Shown piece after piece: positions 1 through 14,700 of a DNA stretch of 64,000 nucleotides. Made by a program: the position numbers and the translations under genes. Positions within the stretch are counted from its first letter, which is position 1; each line of letters begins with the position of its first letter. Under the pieces are notes generated by a model, which was not told the DNA's origin, made no database searches, and saw only the letters and a list, made by a program, of their open reading frames with translations. This DNA comes from Takakia lepidozioides (taxonomy: Eukaryota; Plantae; Bryophyta): assembly GCA_030704615.1 (NCBI GenBank), contig CM060733.1, positions 4,960,001 to 5,024,000 of the forward strand, written 5' to 3'.

Positions 1-600
1 TACTTTACTGGAAGCAGACTGCAGTAATATTAAAACCCATGAAAAGAAAGGTCCCCCAAGACCAGATTTATCCAAAGCACCCAAGAGGAAAGTCTAGTCA
101 ATAGAATTGAACGTTTTTTCAAGACAACATAAGGTTGGTGATTCCGAGAAGCTCGATGAAGGGCTTCATGCACCAGTAGAATGTTATTTAGTATCATATG
201 GTCTTTAGGAAATCCCGTCTACTCCTTCCTTATGATTTTTGGCAGCAAAGGTTGGATTCTTAAGGCTAGCGCCTTAGCTATGATTTTGTATGTTGAATTG
301 AGAAGAGTGATGGGGCGGTAGTTAGCCATGTTGTCCCTCTCCCCTTTTTTATAGATCAAGGTTATGAGACCTTCAGATATTTGAGAGGGCATCATCTTCT
401 TCTCAAGGATGTCATTAGCCATCAAAAGAAAATCCTCCCCAAGAGTCATCCAAAGAGATTTAAACAATTCAATCGGCAGGCCATCAGGGCCCGGGCTTTT
501 CATGGATGTCATAGCCTCCACTGCTTTGCCCAACTCTTCCACAGTAAAAGGTCTCTGACAGCAAGCAAGAGATATTCTGCAGAAGGGTAGTTCTGGCTTC
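1..600 (-). mobile_element. Degenerate L1/Tx1-type LINE ORF2 fragment (N-terminal part of reverse transcriptase)
   Basis: ORF 219-704(-) contains KSPGPDGLPIELFK, ITLIYKKGE and NYRPITLLNSTYKIIAKAL. Reading continues through a TAG at 221-219 (expected Q of QTGF) as TGFPKDHMILNNILLVHEALH to the window edge. Confidence 0.9.
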
Positions 601-954
601 TTCCACCAGAGGTATTTGAGGTCGTTTCTCAAAGAGCTGTTTGAAGAAGTGAACAGCAGTGGGACCAGCAAATCCACAAGCATGGGACTGACCAGCAAGT
701 CCACAAGCAGACTGATGCAGCAGACCGAGCATGTAGACTACCAACTACGAGCAGACTCACGAGCATCGTGGCACAGAACAAAGGAACCAGCGGACTCTAG
801 CAGACTCAACGACAAGAGACACATGCGCACGTATAGTAAACTGAACCAGCAGACTGTATGACAACAGACACCTGCGCACAGTGGACTGCAGGAGGGGACG
901 CAGCAGACTGACGCAACCGAACAGGGGCACATGACATTTTAACTCAGCTGGGAG

Positions 955-1328
955 CACATGCATTACCGGTAAGTGAGTTTGTGGAGGGGCTGCACATTAA
1001 GGTGTCGTCAACGACATCTTAATTCCCAGCCCTGTGCCAACCTGAGAATTGAACCCAATAGGAAAAAAAAAACAATCCCCAAAAAGTGACAAATTAGATG
1101 TTGTTGAAGAGGGAACACATGCCTTAGCGGTAAGCATGTGTGTGCAAGGGCTGGGGATTAAGGTATCATCAACGATACCTTAATTCGCTGCCCTGTCCGA
1201 ACATGAGAATTGAACCCAACAGACCCCAGAAGATTTTTTTTTTTTTTTTTTATCTATTTTTCCCTCTCTCTCCCCCCCCCCCCCCAATGTGTCAGATTAA
1301 GGTGTCGTCAACAACATCTTAATCTGGC
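955..1328. repeat. Imperfect ~110-bp direct repeats carrying a 28-bp palindrome (three palindrome copies)
   Basis: Blocks 955-1061 and 1116-1222 align. Core ATTAAGGTRTCRTCAACRAYAYCTTAAT at 996-1023, 1157-1184 and 1296-1323. Confidence 0.75.
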
Positions 1329-1989
1329 TGGTCTTCTGGTATGCTATTTGGGATGAATGGCATCGACAAATTGCTCGGACTACATAACTTATGATTCGTT
1401 GTCATGTCCTTCTTCCAGGTGACCAGAAGTTTGCTCATTGGTGTATGAATGCAGGAGTCCCGTGGTGTTTCTTTGCCAACTTGGATTTTTTCCCAAGTTT
1501 TTCAACAAGTTTTAATTTGCCATCTTATGCGGAGGCTGCGGCTACGGAATATAGTTTACAATCATCTCCCCCTTCTGTGCTTCACAACAGACATAGTCTT
1601 CTGAAAAGCAAGGCTAGCATCTTTGTAGACAATTCTGCCTTCGTTTTGATCAGTAGCGCCTGTAGCAGTGGATCTTCTTTGACGGAATGAATCACATGTT
1701 TTGGAACGTTTATTTATGAAGTTCACCTCTCTGCCTTCTTTCCAATTGGGTAAGAGCCTCACTATCAACCATCCATACCCCTCCTCAATCAATTCAGCAA
1801 TCTGGATTCATTGTTGCCAATATACTTTAGAATACACTGCACTATATTTATTTCATTCATCCATGTGTCATTCGTAATACCAACTTTCATCCTCCATTCA
1901 TCCTTCATTCATCCAAGCAGCATCCATACCCTAGCTTGTAATTCTGACCGGTCTGTGCAGTAATAGGTGTTATAAGTCGAATAGGCGCC

Positions 1990-3810
1990 CGCGGTTATAG
2001 GCGACAAGATCCTGAATTTTCTGCTCACGGTTAAGCAATCCCCACGCGATCAATACATCTCTGAAGCTGAAGTCACTCTGGTTGGCACCAGACGCGCTAA
2101 AGCTTGGCCAGACTTGCTTGCAGAAATCCCAGCCTACATGGCTCCCTTGCTCACAGCAGGTGATGAGACCTGGTCCGTGCCCATATGGATGGCCTCAACT
2201 GCCACTGGTTCAAATTCTGCAATTCTGGTGCTATCGATGCAAGATCAGATTGCTTCGGGCATTGCCTTTGCGGCGGACCGAGAGGGTGATTTGCTGGTCA
2301 GGGGATACGTGGATGTCAATAAAAACAGCCTACATCCTATAAGAGTAGTAGATGGCAGAGGGAACACCACCCCAACCCCAAATGGGGGTCAGGAATTTGA
2401 GTAGCCTTGCACTTAACTTTCACCTGGTTCTTCTCGTCCCCCCTGGCTGCTTTGCAGTTCGACCCAGGGGAGTGGAGATGGAGGGATGACAAACAATCCA
2501 TTTTTTTTGCCTATACTGTAAAGCTGGGTTACAAGCTACTGTGCCAACGATATCTTTCCACTCCAAATGGGAGCAAAAGTGGGGACACTTGCATTTGTCA
2601 CAAGCCAGCTGGGACCTGGTTTGGAAAGAAATTTGGAGGAAAGAAAGACCGGCAAAAATCTCGGGCTTCTTGTGGAAGGTTGCCCAACCGGATCCTGCCT
2701 GTACACGCCAAGACCCTCCTCCACAACACCCTCTGCACCTTATGCAATGCCCAGCCCGAATCTGTTGAGCATTGCTTGGTTGAGTGCCATCTCCCGATCA
2801 GAATCTGGAGAGTGGTATTAAGGTTCTATGCTAGCTAGCTTTCTTTCCCATCCCCCCCTTCTTCTCTGTTGCTTTTGAACATGTTGCGTGCTCGGACTGC
2901 TTCAGCCTGCCCTGTTTGGGCCAGTCTAAGGACACTCTCATTATGGAACTTGTGGAAAAGTAGATGTTCATATGTATATGATGGGAAAGCCCCCTGGGGC
3001 AAGTCTATTCTCTTTTGCATATACTAGGACCTGCTTACTGAGGGGAGGAAGGCATGGGACGTTATGACTGCAGCTGTTTCCAGGTCTTCAGAGCGACGCG
3101 GGAGAAAGCTCTTCAATGATTTTCAGAACTCCTGGGGTAAAGATGGCATTCTCGGAACCGATCTTCCCAACGGGGGATTTTGCTGGCAAGTCTCCACCCC
3201 TGCCGCTTGGGATGTCCCCTGTTGAAGGTGATGATGGAGACTTCAATTGGCGGCACAAGAAGGCTCGAGTTACCAAGTTTAAAACCCAACTTCGTTTTTA
3301 GATAGCTAGCTTTGGCTGTCTTCAGGCTCCTTGTGTCTGCAGGTGGCTATCCATGGCAATCTTTCCTGCCGGTTCCAGACTTTTCTGGTTCTGCACATTT
3401 ACCCTCGGCTCAGCCATGCACTTGTCACCACCCTGCTGGGCTCTGGTCTTGTCTTATACCTGGCAGACATCATGGTTACTTCCCTTCATCTTTTGCTACC
3501 TGTATCTCCTCTGTTTAGACTTGCACATACTGCTGCTTAGCAGCATTATGCAGCTTATTTCTGACTCAGTTCGTTCTGCCCTGCAGCTTTGCTTAGAACT
3601 TCTCCCCATTTTATCCCACTCTGCAAAGAGTATCCCCCCCTTGGTCTATCGTTCTTTCTCTTTGGATAGCTCGTCACGGGGAGGTTTCCCCCCACTTAGC
3701 CTCACGGCCTCCCTGGTGGTTATTTTTTCCACCTGTTTGTGAACCATTATTTAATTAATTTGATTAAAAGGGTCCCTGTCCCCTTTCGTAAAAACAAAAA
3801 GAAAAAAAAG
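1990..3810 (+). mobile_element. Degenerate L1-type LINE 3' region (zf-RVT domain, 3' UTR, A-rich tail)
   Basis: Frameshifted pieces WDLVWKEIWRKERPAKISGFLWKV and LCTLCNAQPESVEHCLVEC..IW are typical of zf-RVT. A-rich tail at 3790-3809. The 5' boundary is approximate. Confidence 0.75.
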
Positions 3811-4113
3811 GGAGAATTTACAACCGAATATTCGATTTGTTATTTGAGGTCGAAAAAGTGCGAAATTTCGCCAGAAATAAAATCATGTCCTACACTCATG
3901 TATTTACAAACATGGGCATGTATTCATGCATGGCATGTACTGAAGCATCTTTTAGTATGCTTTTAAGATTCTCAGATGTCACGTTTCTAAGAATCTTGGA
4001 ATATTAATTTAAGATTCTAAGATGCCTCTAGTATATTCTTTCATGCTGAGTAGTATGGTGGAGGGATGGAGCTGATGTAGTTTTGCTTGCTGGAGATGGA
4101 GATGTGAAGCCCT

Positions 4114-4136
4114 GAGAGAGAGAGAGAGAGAGAGAG
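4114..4136 (+). repeat. (GA)n microsatellite upstream of SQD1
   Basis: GA dinucleotide run seen directly. Confidence 0.9.
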
Positions 4137-4273
4137 CTCTATCTCGCATCTACAAGCTCCACAGCGCAGCTCTTTAATCCGCTGCATGAACCAATCTGTT
4201 TCCTTTTGATGCCTACCGTTTTTTTGATATTTTGTTTTTTCCTCTCTTCTTCACTTTGAGTGCGTACAGCTGA

Positions 4274-6438
<2,165 letters not shown>

Positions 6439-8767
6439 AGTTATGAAGGACTTGACATCGTTGGACATTCAGGTACTGACATGGGTCTCTTGAGGAAGGA
6501 CAGGTTCTACTTACCTGCAAAAAGAGATTGCAAGTTTAAGTCGTGCTTTTCTGCTGGTCAGTGTTACAGCTTGAGCTGCATCAGTAGGACGTAACTGAAG
6601 GGGTGCTCTTTCAAGTGGTCTACCTCTGCCTTCTCCAGTTGTGTTTTTCTCCTAACACGTGGTGCCTCATTCCATAGCTTTCCTTTCCACTCTCCTCCTG
6701 CCCCTCATGCTGCATCACTGCTTGTTTGATGGCTTTGCATATCTCTCTTTTGCACTACTAAGATTTCACTTATCAGATATTTGAATAGGACATTTCTCTT
6801 GTCCTTGTATCTCTGTGTTTTGGGGGCACAGTCCTCCTTTTTTCATCTGCAGATAATCACGGCAATTTTTCTCTGGGGAAGCACTCTCAGTGTATAAAGT
6901 GAGCAAACATCTGCAAATGACTAAAGGCTAGTACATAAGAGCTCAGCAATGAGCTGCAGACAGATTGCATAGTGACAATGAAACCTTTCTGGGTGTTTTG
7001 GATGACAGGAGTTGTTTGTAATTAAGTGCAAGTACTACCACTTGGTAGCTTGTGTGTTCTGTGCAAGCTTATCTGTATCCTTAGGTTGTCATTGATCACC
7101 CTAAATTGAAATACTTTAAGCTGAATGTGATGATCGCCAACCATTCTAACACAAAGCTAGTTGATGTTTGGTATTTTATATTCATGCGGCTTGTTGATGT
7201 TCAAGGTTTGGACTCCACAACAGAAGGTAGATCTGGTTTCAAATGTCATGGATGACATCTTGTGCTGCCCCCATTTGTGAAGTACAGGATACAAACACTC
7301 CGGAAAATGTGTTTGGCTGTGTGGCAGGCAGATTCTGACTTGTAGGCAAGCAACATGGTTTTCACATACATGAGCTACAGTAAGGGTATGAATGACAATG
7401 CAGGTACAGGGGGATTCACCTGCAAGTTAACGATGGGTTTATGTGCTCCTTGCCCCCATAGCCCTTATTATTTCCTCAGTCAGAATCTTTGGCAAGCAGT
7501 GTGCCCACTGGTCTGCTGTAAGCATGTTGTAAGCAGGCCTACTGTTCTGAACTGGGCAGCTGGTACTGTATTCTTGACTGCAAACCTATGTCATGCCATA
7601 TATTTCTCTCCCCCTCTGTGCAGGTTCTTTCTTTTCTACCTTTGACTTGAATAACACAGCAAACCTCGGCTTGAATCCATGGACCACTAGTCAGACATAA
7701 ATAACACACCAATGGCTTCTTCAAAAAATGCCATACACAGTAACTAGGTCAAGATTTTAAATGGCCTGGTTCCATCATCAATGATGGCTGTCCTTCAGAA
7801 GCAAAGTTGGAGGTAAGTTAGCCAACAAACAATATGTTCATCAGAAATGCACATTGACTGGGTTAGTGTGGCAGGGAATGGGAATATCTGGGCTCAGAGT
7901 CAGAGAAAAAATGATGGTTTGAGCGATATTCCTAACCTGGTTAAACCTGGTCCCATCCGGTCTTCATCTTCCTGCATAGTTAACACCTCCTGAAATGTGT
8001 GCCCTTAACACTGTGGCGCACACCAAGGGAAGACATAAGACACGCCCTAACCCATAAATGATACGGTCCAGCCTTAATAATCGACTTTTGAAACCAAGTT
8101 AGTTATCCCTAGAGTGAGGCAATCAACATTATGTTGCAGATGCCCCTTGGAGACCTTGTTGCGCACCTTTTGGCGTGCTGCGTTCTTCTTCACCTGCCCT
8201 ACCCTATCCACCCTTGCTTCCTCAAGAAGGACTGACTTTCAAGCCAGAAGAAATAACCAAACTCAAATCTATCAATCAGGTTCCTGACTTCTCCAAACGA
8301 CCTAGAGACTTGGCCAACTACGGGAGTTATCCTCACCTGTTGCCCAGTTAATCACCATCCTCCATATAACGAGCTTCGCAAGACATTTACACACATACTC
8401 GGCAGATTCTACTTTTGTGTGCTCTTAAACCCTGATTTACGGTGTTGGATGCAAGGGCTGGTCGGGCGGCAGGACGTTGTTGAAGTTAAAGATCGATTGC
8501 AACTCTCTTTATTAGATTTCTGGTTGTTCGCCTCCGTCTCCATATCATCAACGAGCGCATCTCAATCTATCACCTGAATAAATTCTTATTGTTCACCCCT
8601 GAGTTTGCAAAAGTTCATTGCATTTCCATCTTGACGGTTTGATTTTCTTTATACATTGAGCTCATTCCTTCCTCTGCTGTTGTTCTCCTTCAAGTTCTAT
8701 TGCCCCAACGTTATTTTATGACCTTAGGTTCCAGAAGGGGACAGCTCGGGTCTGCGATTGGGGGCAT

Positions 8768-11700
8768 ATGCTTGCCTCTCTCCCCCAACGCTTATGGTGT
8801 CCACTATCTCAGACCTCTGTCCTCATCAACCAGTCTGACAGTAGCAGCTTTGTGATCCTGAACTTGGGCGGACAAGTGGGAGGTTGCTCCGTTGGAACCA
8901 TTTTCCCGAGTATCTCTCCAGTCACAACGAGGAGACAAAACACAGGCACCATTGTCGTTGGTTGCAATTTTAGAAGAAGTTTAGTGGACTTGGGTGCAAA
9001 TCGCAGGGGAAAGCTAAGACCTACAAGAGGGAGGAGAAGGATTGCTGAAGTCTCACGAAATTATCAAGGAGGGGCAACATCTGGTCGGGAATTCACCACA
9101 AAAGGAGTGGACAGTCGGACTTTGCTTGGAAATTGCGCAGGATTGAATTTCCAGGTTAGGAGAAAGGAGGTCAACGGACGAGGAGAATTACAGGGGGATT
9201 CTCCGGAATTAAGTGACTGCGAAGGGGGAAAGAGTGTACAACATTCAGAGGAAATTTCAAATCTAAATCCAACACAAAGTGCTCAAAACAGGGGCTCTCA
9301 GCAGATTGTCAGAGTAGGAACGGAACAGGCAATGCCGCGGTTTGAAGGATTCTGGCCAGTGGAGGAACCTATTGCCTCTAGCATTGATAGCTCTGCATTT
9401 CTTGAAGGTCTAATGCCAAAGAAGGAGATTGGCGCGCAACGATTTCTTGAGGAGCACCCCCAGTACGATGGGAGGGGTATTATAATTGCCATCTTTGGTG
9501 AGGACGCCATGTCACTACCATTACACTGAGTTTCGTTTATGTCAAACACTAACCTACAGTATAGTCAGCTAATTGCTGTTCTTTAAGTTTTACATCTGTC
9601 ACGGGTTGCAAATATTCAACTGAATCATCAGACATTGTTTGGTTGCAGACTCTGGTGTTGACCCGGCAGCTGACGGATTGCAGACCACTACAGATGGGAA
9701 GCCTAAAATTATTGATGTTCTTGATTGGTAAGCAAGATGCATTGACGTAGTAGTGTTTCAGGAAAGTGGTGGACCCTGAGGAAGGGCGAATCCTATCCTC
9801 AATTCTGGCCCGAAGGAAATGGTGTTCCTTGTAGTGGTCTTTCTCTCTTCTCTGGCTTTCTACCTCATTTTGGATTTGTAGCAACTCAATGTGCTCGTCC
9901 GGTGGACTGGCCTGTCTTGGATGTAATCTAAACACATGGTAACGTGAAATTTGTGAGGCATGAAGCCTATGCTCAGAAGTTGAATGGGAGTACTCCACTG
10001 TTCCAATGCAGCACAGGCAGTGGGGATGTGGACACATCCATGATTGTGAGAGCAGATGACAATGGGTTTATTGTTGGAGCCTCAGGTAATTTTCTAGTTT
10101 GTCAATACGGTGCTCTTTTTACTCAGATAGACGAGGCTGCTTGAAACTTGACCCATGGAATGTGGAGTATGTTTCGTCCTTTTGTGCCTGTAGTGTTTAG
10201 TAGAGTGGGCTTGCTTATGACTGAGAGTAGCAGCGTGAATGAGGGGCTTGCATTTTATCCCTAAGGAGGCAGTCCTACTGTTTGTGTTTTGGGTTGGTAT
10301 GTGAGTTTAATTTCGATTTTCCAGGATGACATGTAGAGGGCTGAAAGTATTCTAAATAGAGTTTCCTGGTCAAGGTGGCCTGGCCTTCTTCGTGGTAGCA
10401 GTCGCTTTTGGGGTCCAAAAGGGGATGTACCATATCTGCCTGAGTAGGCCCTAACCTGATGCTCAGCAGCCATGTGCTAATGATATTTCGCCAGGTTGTG
10501 GCCCTGGTGCTATTTAGAGTGATATATACCCACTTTCTGAAAGATGGGAGAGGGAGATACTTAAAGCTTGCCATCTGATGTTTTGTTTGAGTTTTGAATC
10601 CTTTAGGGGCCCGCCTACAGATAAACAAGGAGTGGAAGAACCCAACAGGAGAATGGCGGGTGGGATCCAAGTTAGCATATCAGTTGTTCACTGAAACTCT
10701 TTCATCCCGATTGAAGGTAGTTTCTGTTGTTCCAGCTCCCTTGGCTTGGATGTGGTTGTTTCACTGGCATATGCTCCTTGTTATCCGCCATCTCTGAAAG
10801 TTTAGAAAGTCGTGAAATTTTCCACCATCATCATGGCTTTTCATTGGCGGTACTGCTTGGGTGACCCAATCTCTAAAGGTGTGTGATATAGGCAGCAATG
10901 TTGTCTGATTGTGTGGTGCATTCCTTCTATATGACTTCCAGTTTAACTCGTACAAGTCCTTGCTTCTAGATGCTGTAGGCTTAAGTCTACTTTGTTGGTT
11001 ATGTGCCATGACAGAGAGAACGGAAAAAAAAATGGGATGAAAGACACAGGGAGCTTGTGACAGAAGCACTCCGTCAGCTTTCAGCCTTTGATTTGGTCAG
11101 TTTCCTAGCCCACTGTTTGGTAGCATAATTTAGTCTTCTCCAGATAGTTCACTTACCTTAGTAGTCATCTCAGCGAGCGGTTGTATGTGCATCAGTCCAT
11201 TTCTGACATTTGCTAAGTGGGTACAGAAATATCCAAAACCATCGGAGGCTACATTAAAGAAGGAACGTGAGGATCTCCAGAACCGCATTGACCTTCTTCA
11301 GAAGCTTTCTGATGTAAGATTTCTTTCATTTCATGCCCGTCTCTTTCTGCCCTGTTGAATGTTTTCTCTTAGCAATATGTACTAAAAATATGCATGCAGT
11401 ATGAAATATGCACTAGACTGAAGCTCAGGGCAGGTAGCCTACCTTTGAACAGCAAACAGATGCAGAGAGGAAAGGGGGATTGTAAGTGGCCGTTGTGTGG
11501 CAACCTGAAGACAATATCCACTTCCTGATTTCTTGTCCTGGCTACTCTCACCAGAGAGAGACCCTCTTCAATTCCATCAAGGGAATTGTTCCTGTACCTC
11601 TGTTTACCAACTTTGAAAATCTTGTGGCTGAGCCAATAGCCCAGGCCCTTTTGGGGTCTAGTTATTGTGCAAATCACACACAACAGATTGAGGTTTGTGT

Positions 11701-14700
11701 GAAGGGATGTTGAGAGGATATCTGGAAAACTCGGATCAATTGCATGTTTCAAGGTAAGTCATACTACCAGCTTCAGCCCCTGACAAAGGTAGTTTCTGTC
11801 CCTTTGTGTTCCGCTCAAACTGGGCGCAAGGCTACAGCAAACAACGTCTTATGAGTACAATCTTTAAGCAATATGGATAACCATGCTGGTTGGTCTGACA
11901 GAGCTACGAGGACAATGGTCCAGTGATTGACGCGGTGGTCTGGCATGATGGGGCGTTATGGAGAGTGGCTCTGGACACCCAAGACATGGAAGATGATAGT
12001 GGGCTTGGAAAGCTTGCTCATTTTTCCCCCCTGACCAACTACAGGTGATTATTAAGACATGATGTGTAGGTGCAAGCTTTTCTGCTCAGATGGCATATTG
12101 CCTCTCTGTAGGGACTATGAAATGCATGTTCCTACATGTGTATTCTATATTGTGGTGTGGATTATGCATGACTGCAGCTTTCATTTCCCATCAATTTTAC
12201 TCCTGTTCTATATTGGCTGTCAGACTGTCCTTCTGAAATAATACTGTCTTATTAGCCACAAGTGTAATACCTGAACTTGTTATTAAATTGTCGGGAAAGT
12301 ATGGTATTCAAGAATTGGAGCATAACAATAAGGAATGGGTTGGGGTTTGGTTGTCTTAAAGAAGGTCTATCCTGTAAATGATTATGAACATGATTTAGCA
12401 TCTGATCATCAAGGCTTTCAGGATAGAGCGCAAGTATGGGATCTTCAGTCGGATGGATGCATGCAGCTTTGTGACAAATGTGTACGATGATGGCAATGTG
12501 CTGAGCATTGTCACTGACTGCTCACCTCATGGCACCCATGTGGCTGGCATCACTGCTGCTCATCATCCTGAGGTTCTTTCCTTGGCTGTTCACCTTTTTG
12601 CTTATTTTCCATTTTGGCATTGGGCCAAAGCAGGAGGACGCCAAATTATCACAAAAGTCTGGAAAGGGAAGAGCTGTACTCATCCTATGACCGTATAACC
12701 CCTTGCCATCCCGTTATGGGACCTATAACTCGGTATGGATTTTATATCAGGGAAGGGCAGGCCAGGGGCTGCAACCTGACCTACATTTGATCGAAAACTT
12801 TGGTTGGTTGCTTGTATGGCGCACGGATGTATCTGTGTGCGTACAGGTACAAGTGCATGTATGCAATGTGAATATGTGCAGCCAGGTTGGGTTGGGTTGG
12901 GTTGTGGTTGTCCAAATTGTGATTTGTCTGGTCCTACTGATTCTGAATGTAAAAAGGGAGATCGAAGAGTGTGACTGATACAGGTGCGTGCTAGTATGAG
13001 TTGATACATAGCCTCTGCATTGTTTCTTTGAATGGGTATATGCGTCTTCAGGAGTCGCTACTTAATGGAGTAGCACCAGGAGCACAGATTGTGTCATGCA
13101 AGATTGGGGACACCCGACTGGGTTCAATGGAAACAGGCATCGGCCTCACTCGTGCTCTCATAGCAGTAATTGAGGTACACCATCATAAAGGGGTGCCTCA
13201 GACTTATCACTGTCTTGCATCACCTCGCCCTTAGATGGAGATGGTAACTGGTGGATCTCAGCATGTATGATTTGACTAGCACAGCCTAGTTCTGTGCTGA
13301 TATTGTTCCCGTAAGCAGACAAGTTCCTTGGGATTCACAAGGAGGAAAAAGTTTACAGCATTGTACAAGAATCACTGGTTTAAAAGATATTAGGTCTCAC
13401 GTGTCATGTGTCATCATTTCCTGCAGAATTACAGCCAGTCATGGTGCTCAGTAGTTACTAATCGACAGTTGGGCAGGATGGTTCCTGAAGTCTGAATACA
13501 GCGACATGTAGATCTGCTGGTTTCTTTGCCAAAATGATTGTTGGATAATTAGAGCTGGGTACTTGTATCTGAAAGGGGAGAAAAAAGTATTGGGAAGGGA
13601 GAGCAGCACCACAGAGGTTCTCTAGGACAGGGACGGCAAGTACCTAGACCATGCATAAGAGTAAGAGGTATTTAATATGGGGTCTGCTGGAGGGTGTACA
13701 GAACAAGTGCGACCTGATCAACATGAGCTATGGGGAGATGACAACTTCACCTGACTATGGGCGTTTCATTCAGCTTGCAGAGGAAGTAAGTTGGACAATT
13801 AATGTACTTGGTCCAAAAGATCTTCCACATAAGCAAGAAACAGAGTGAGTTATATCAGTAGACTTGCTTGCTGTTGCCCTTCACCATAGATCCTGCCTAG
13901 TTGGGTAAAGCAGATAGTGATCAAGGAGTGATGAAACTCTTTCCCTTGTGGTTGTAACATTAGTGGTGCTGCTTTTGCTTCAATTTGCTGGAACGTTTGT
14001 GATAAAAGCAGTGCTTATTCATGTTTGGCATGTATACAGGTGGTAAACAAACATGGGGTGATGTTTGTCAGCAGTGCTGGGAATAATGGACCATCATTGA
14101 CCACTGTGGGTGCACCAGGGGGCACAGCCTCCAGCATCTTGGGTATAGGGGCCTATGTGTCCCCTGCAATGGCGGCAGCTGCTCACTCAATGGTAGAACC
14201 TCCTGTGGAGGGCCTCCATTACACATGGTAAGAGTACAACATGTCACCTTAGCACTTGATGCAGAAGGTTCTCCAAGCTCTTCATTGCTGTTACTAATAG
14301 AATGTGTACAGTCGGGTCTTGGGTTTGAGGTCCACATACCAGTTGTCTGAGAAGGCAGTTCCTATGGTGTATCGATCTTACCTTTTGTCATGCAAATTGA
14401 TTATCATTGATGGATATTGTATCAGGTCTAGCCGGGGACCCACCGCGGACGGAGACCTGGGTGTGTGCTTGAGTGCCCCAGGTGGGGCAATTGCGCCGGT
14501 GCCCAAATGGACGCTCCAGCACCGCATGCTCATGAATGGCACGTCGATGGCTTCCCCATGTGCCTGTGGTGGTATAGCTCTGGTGCTCAGTTCCCTGAAG
14601 GTGGGTTCCTCCCGCATCTTAGAGGCTCGATACAACATGGGGTATGTGATTGCAGGAATATGACATACTCACTATGGCCATGCCCAAACCTACCCTGCAG

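Noticed and set aside
12885-12908. (GGGTT)n potential G-quadruplex
   Set aside because: Ordinary short intronic microsatellite.
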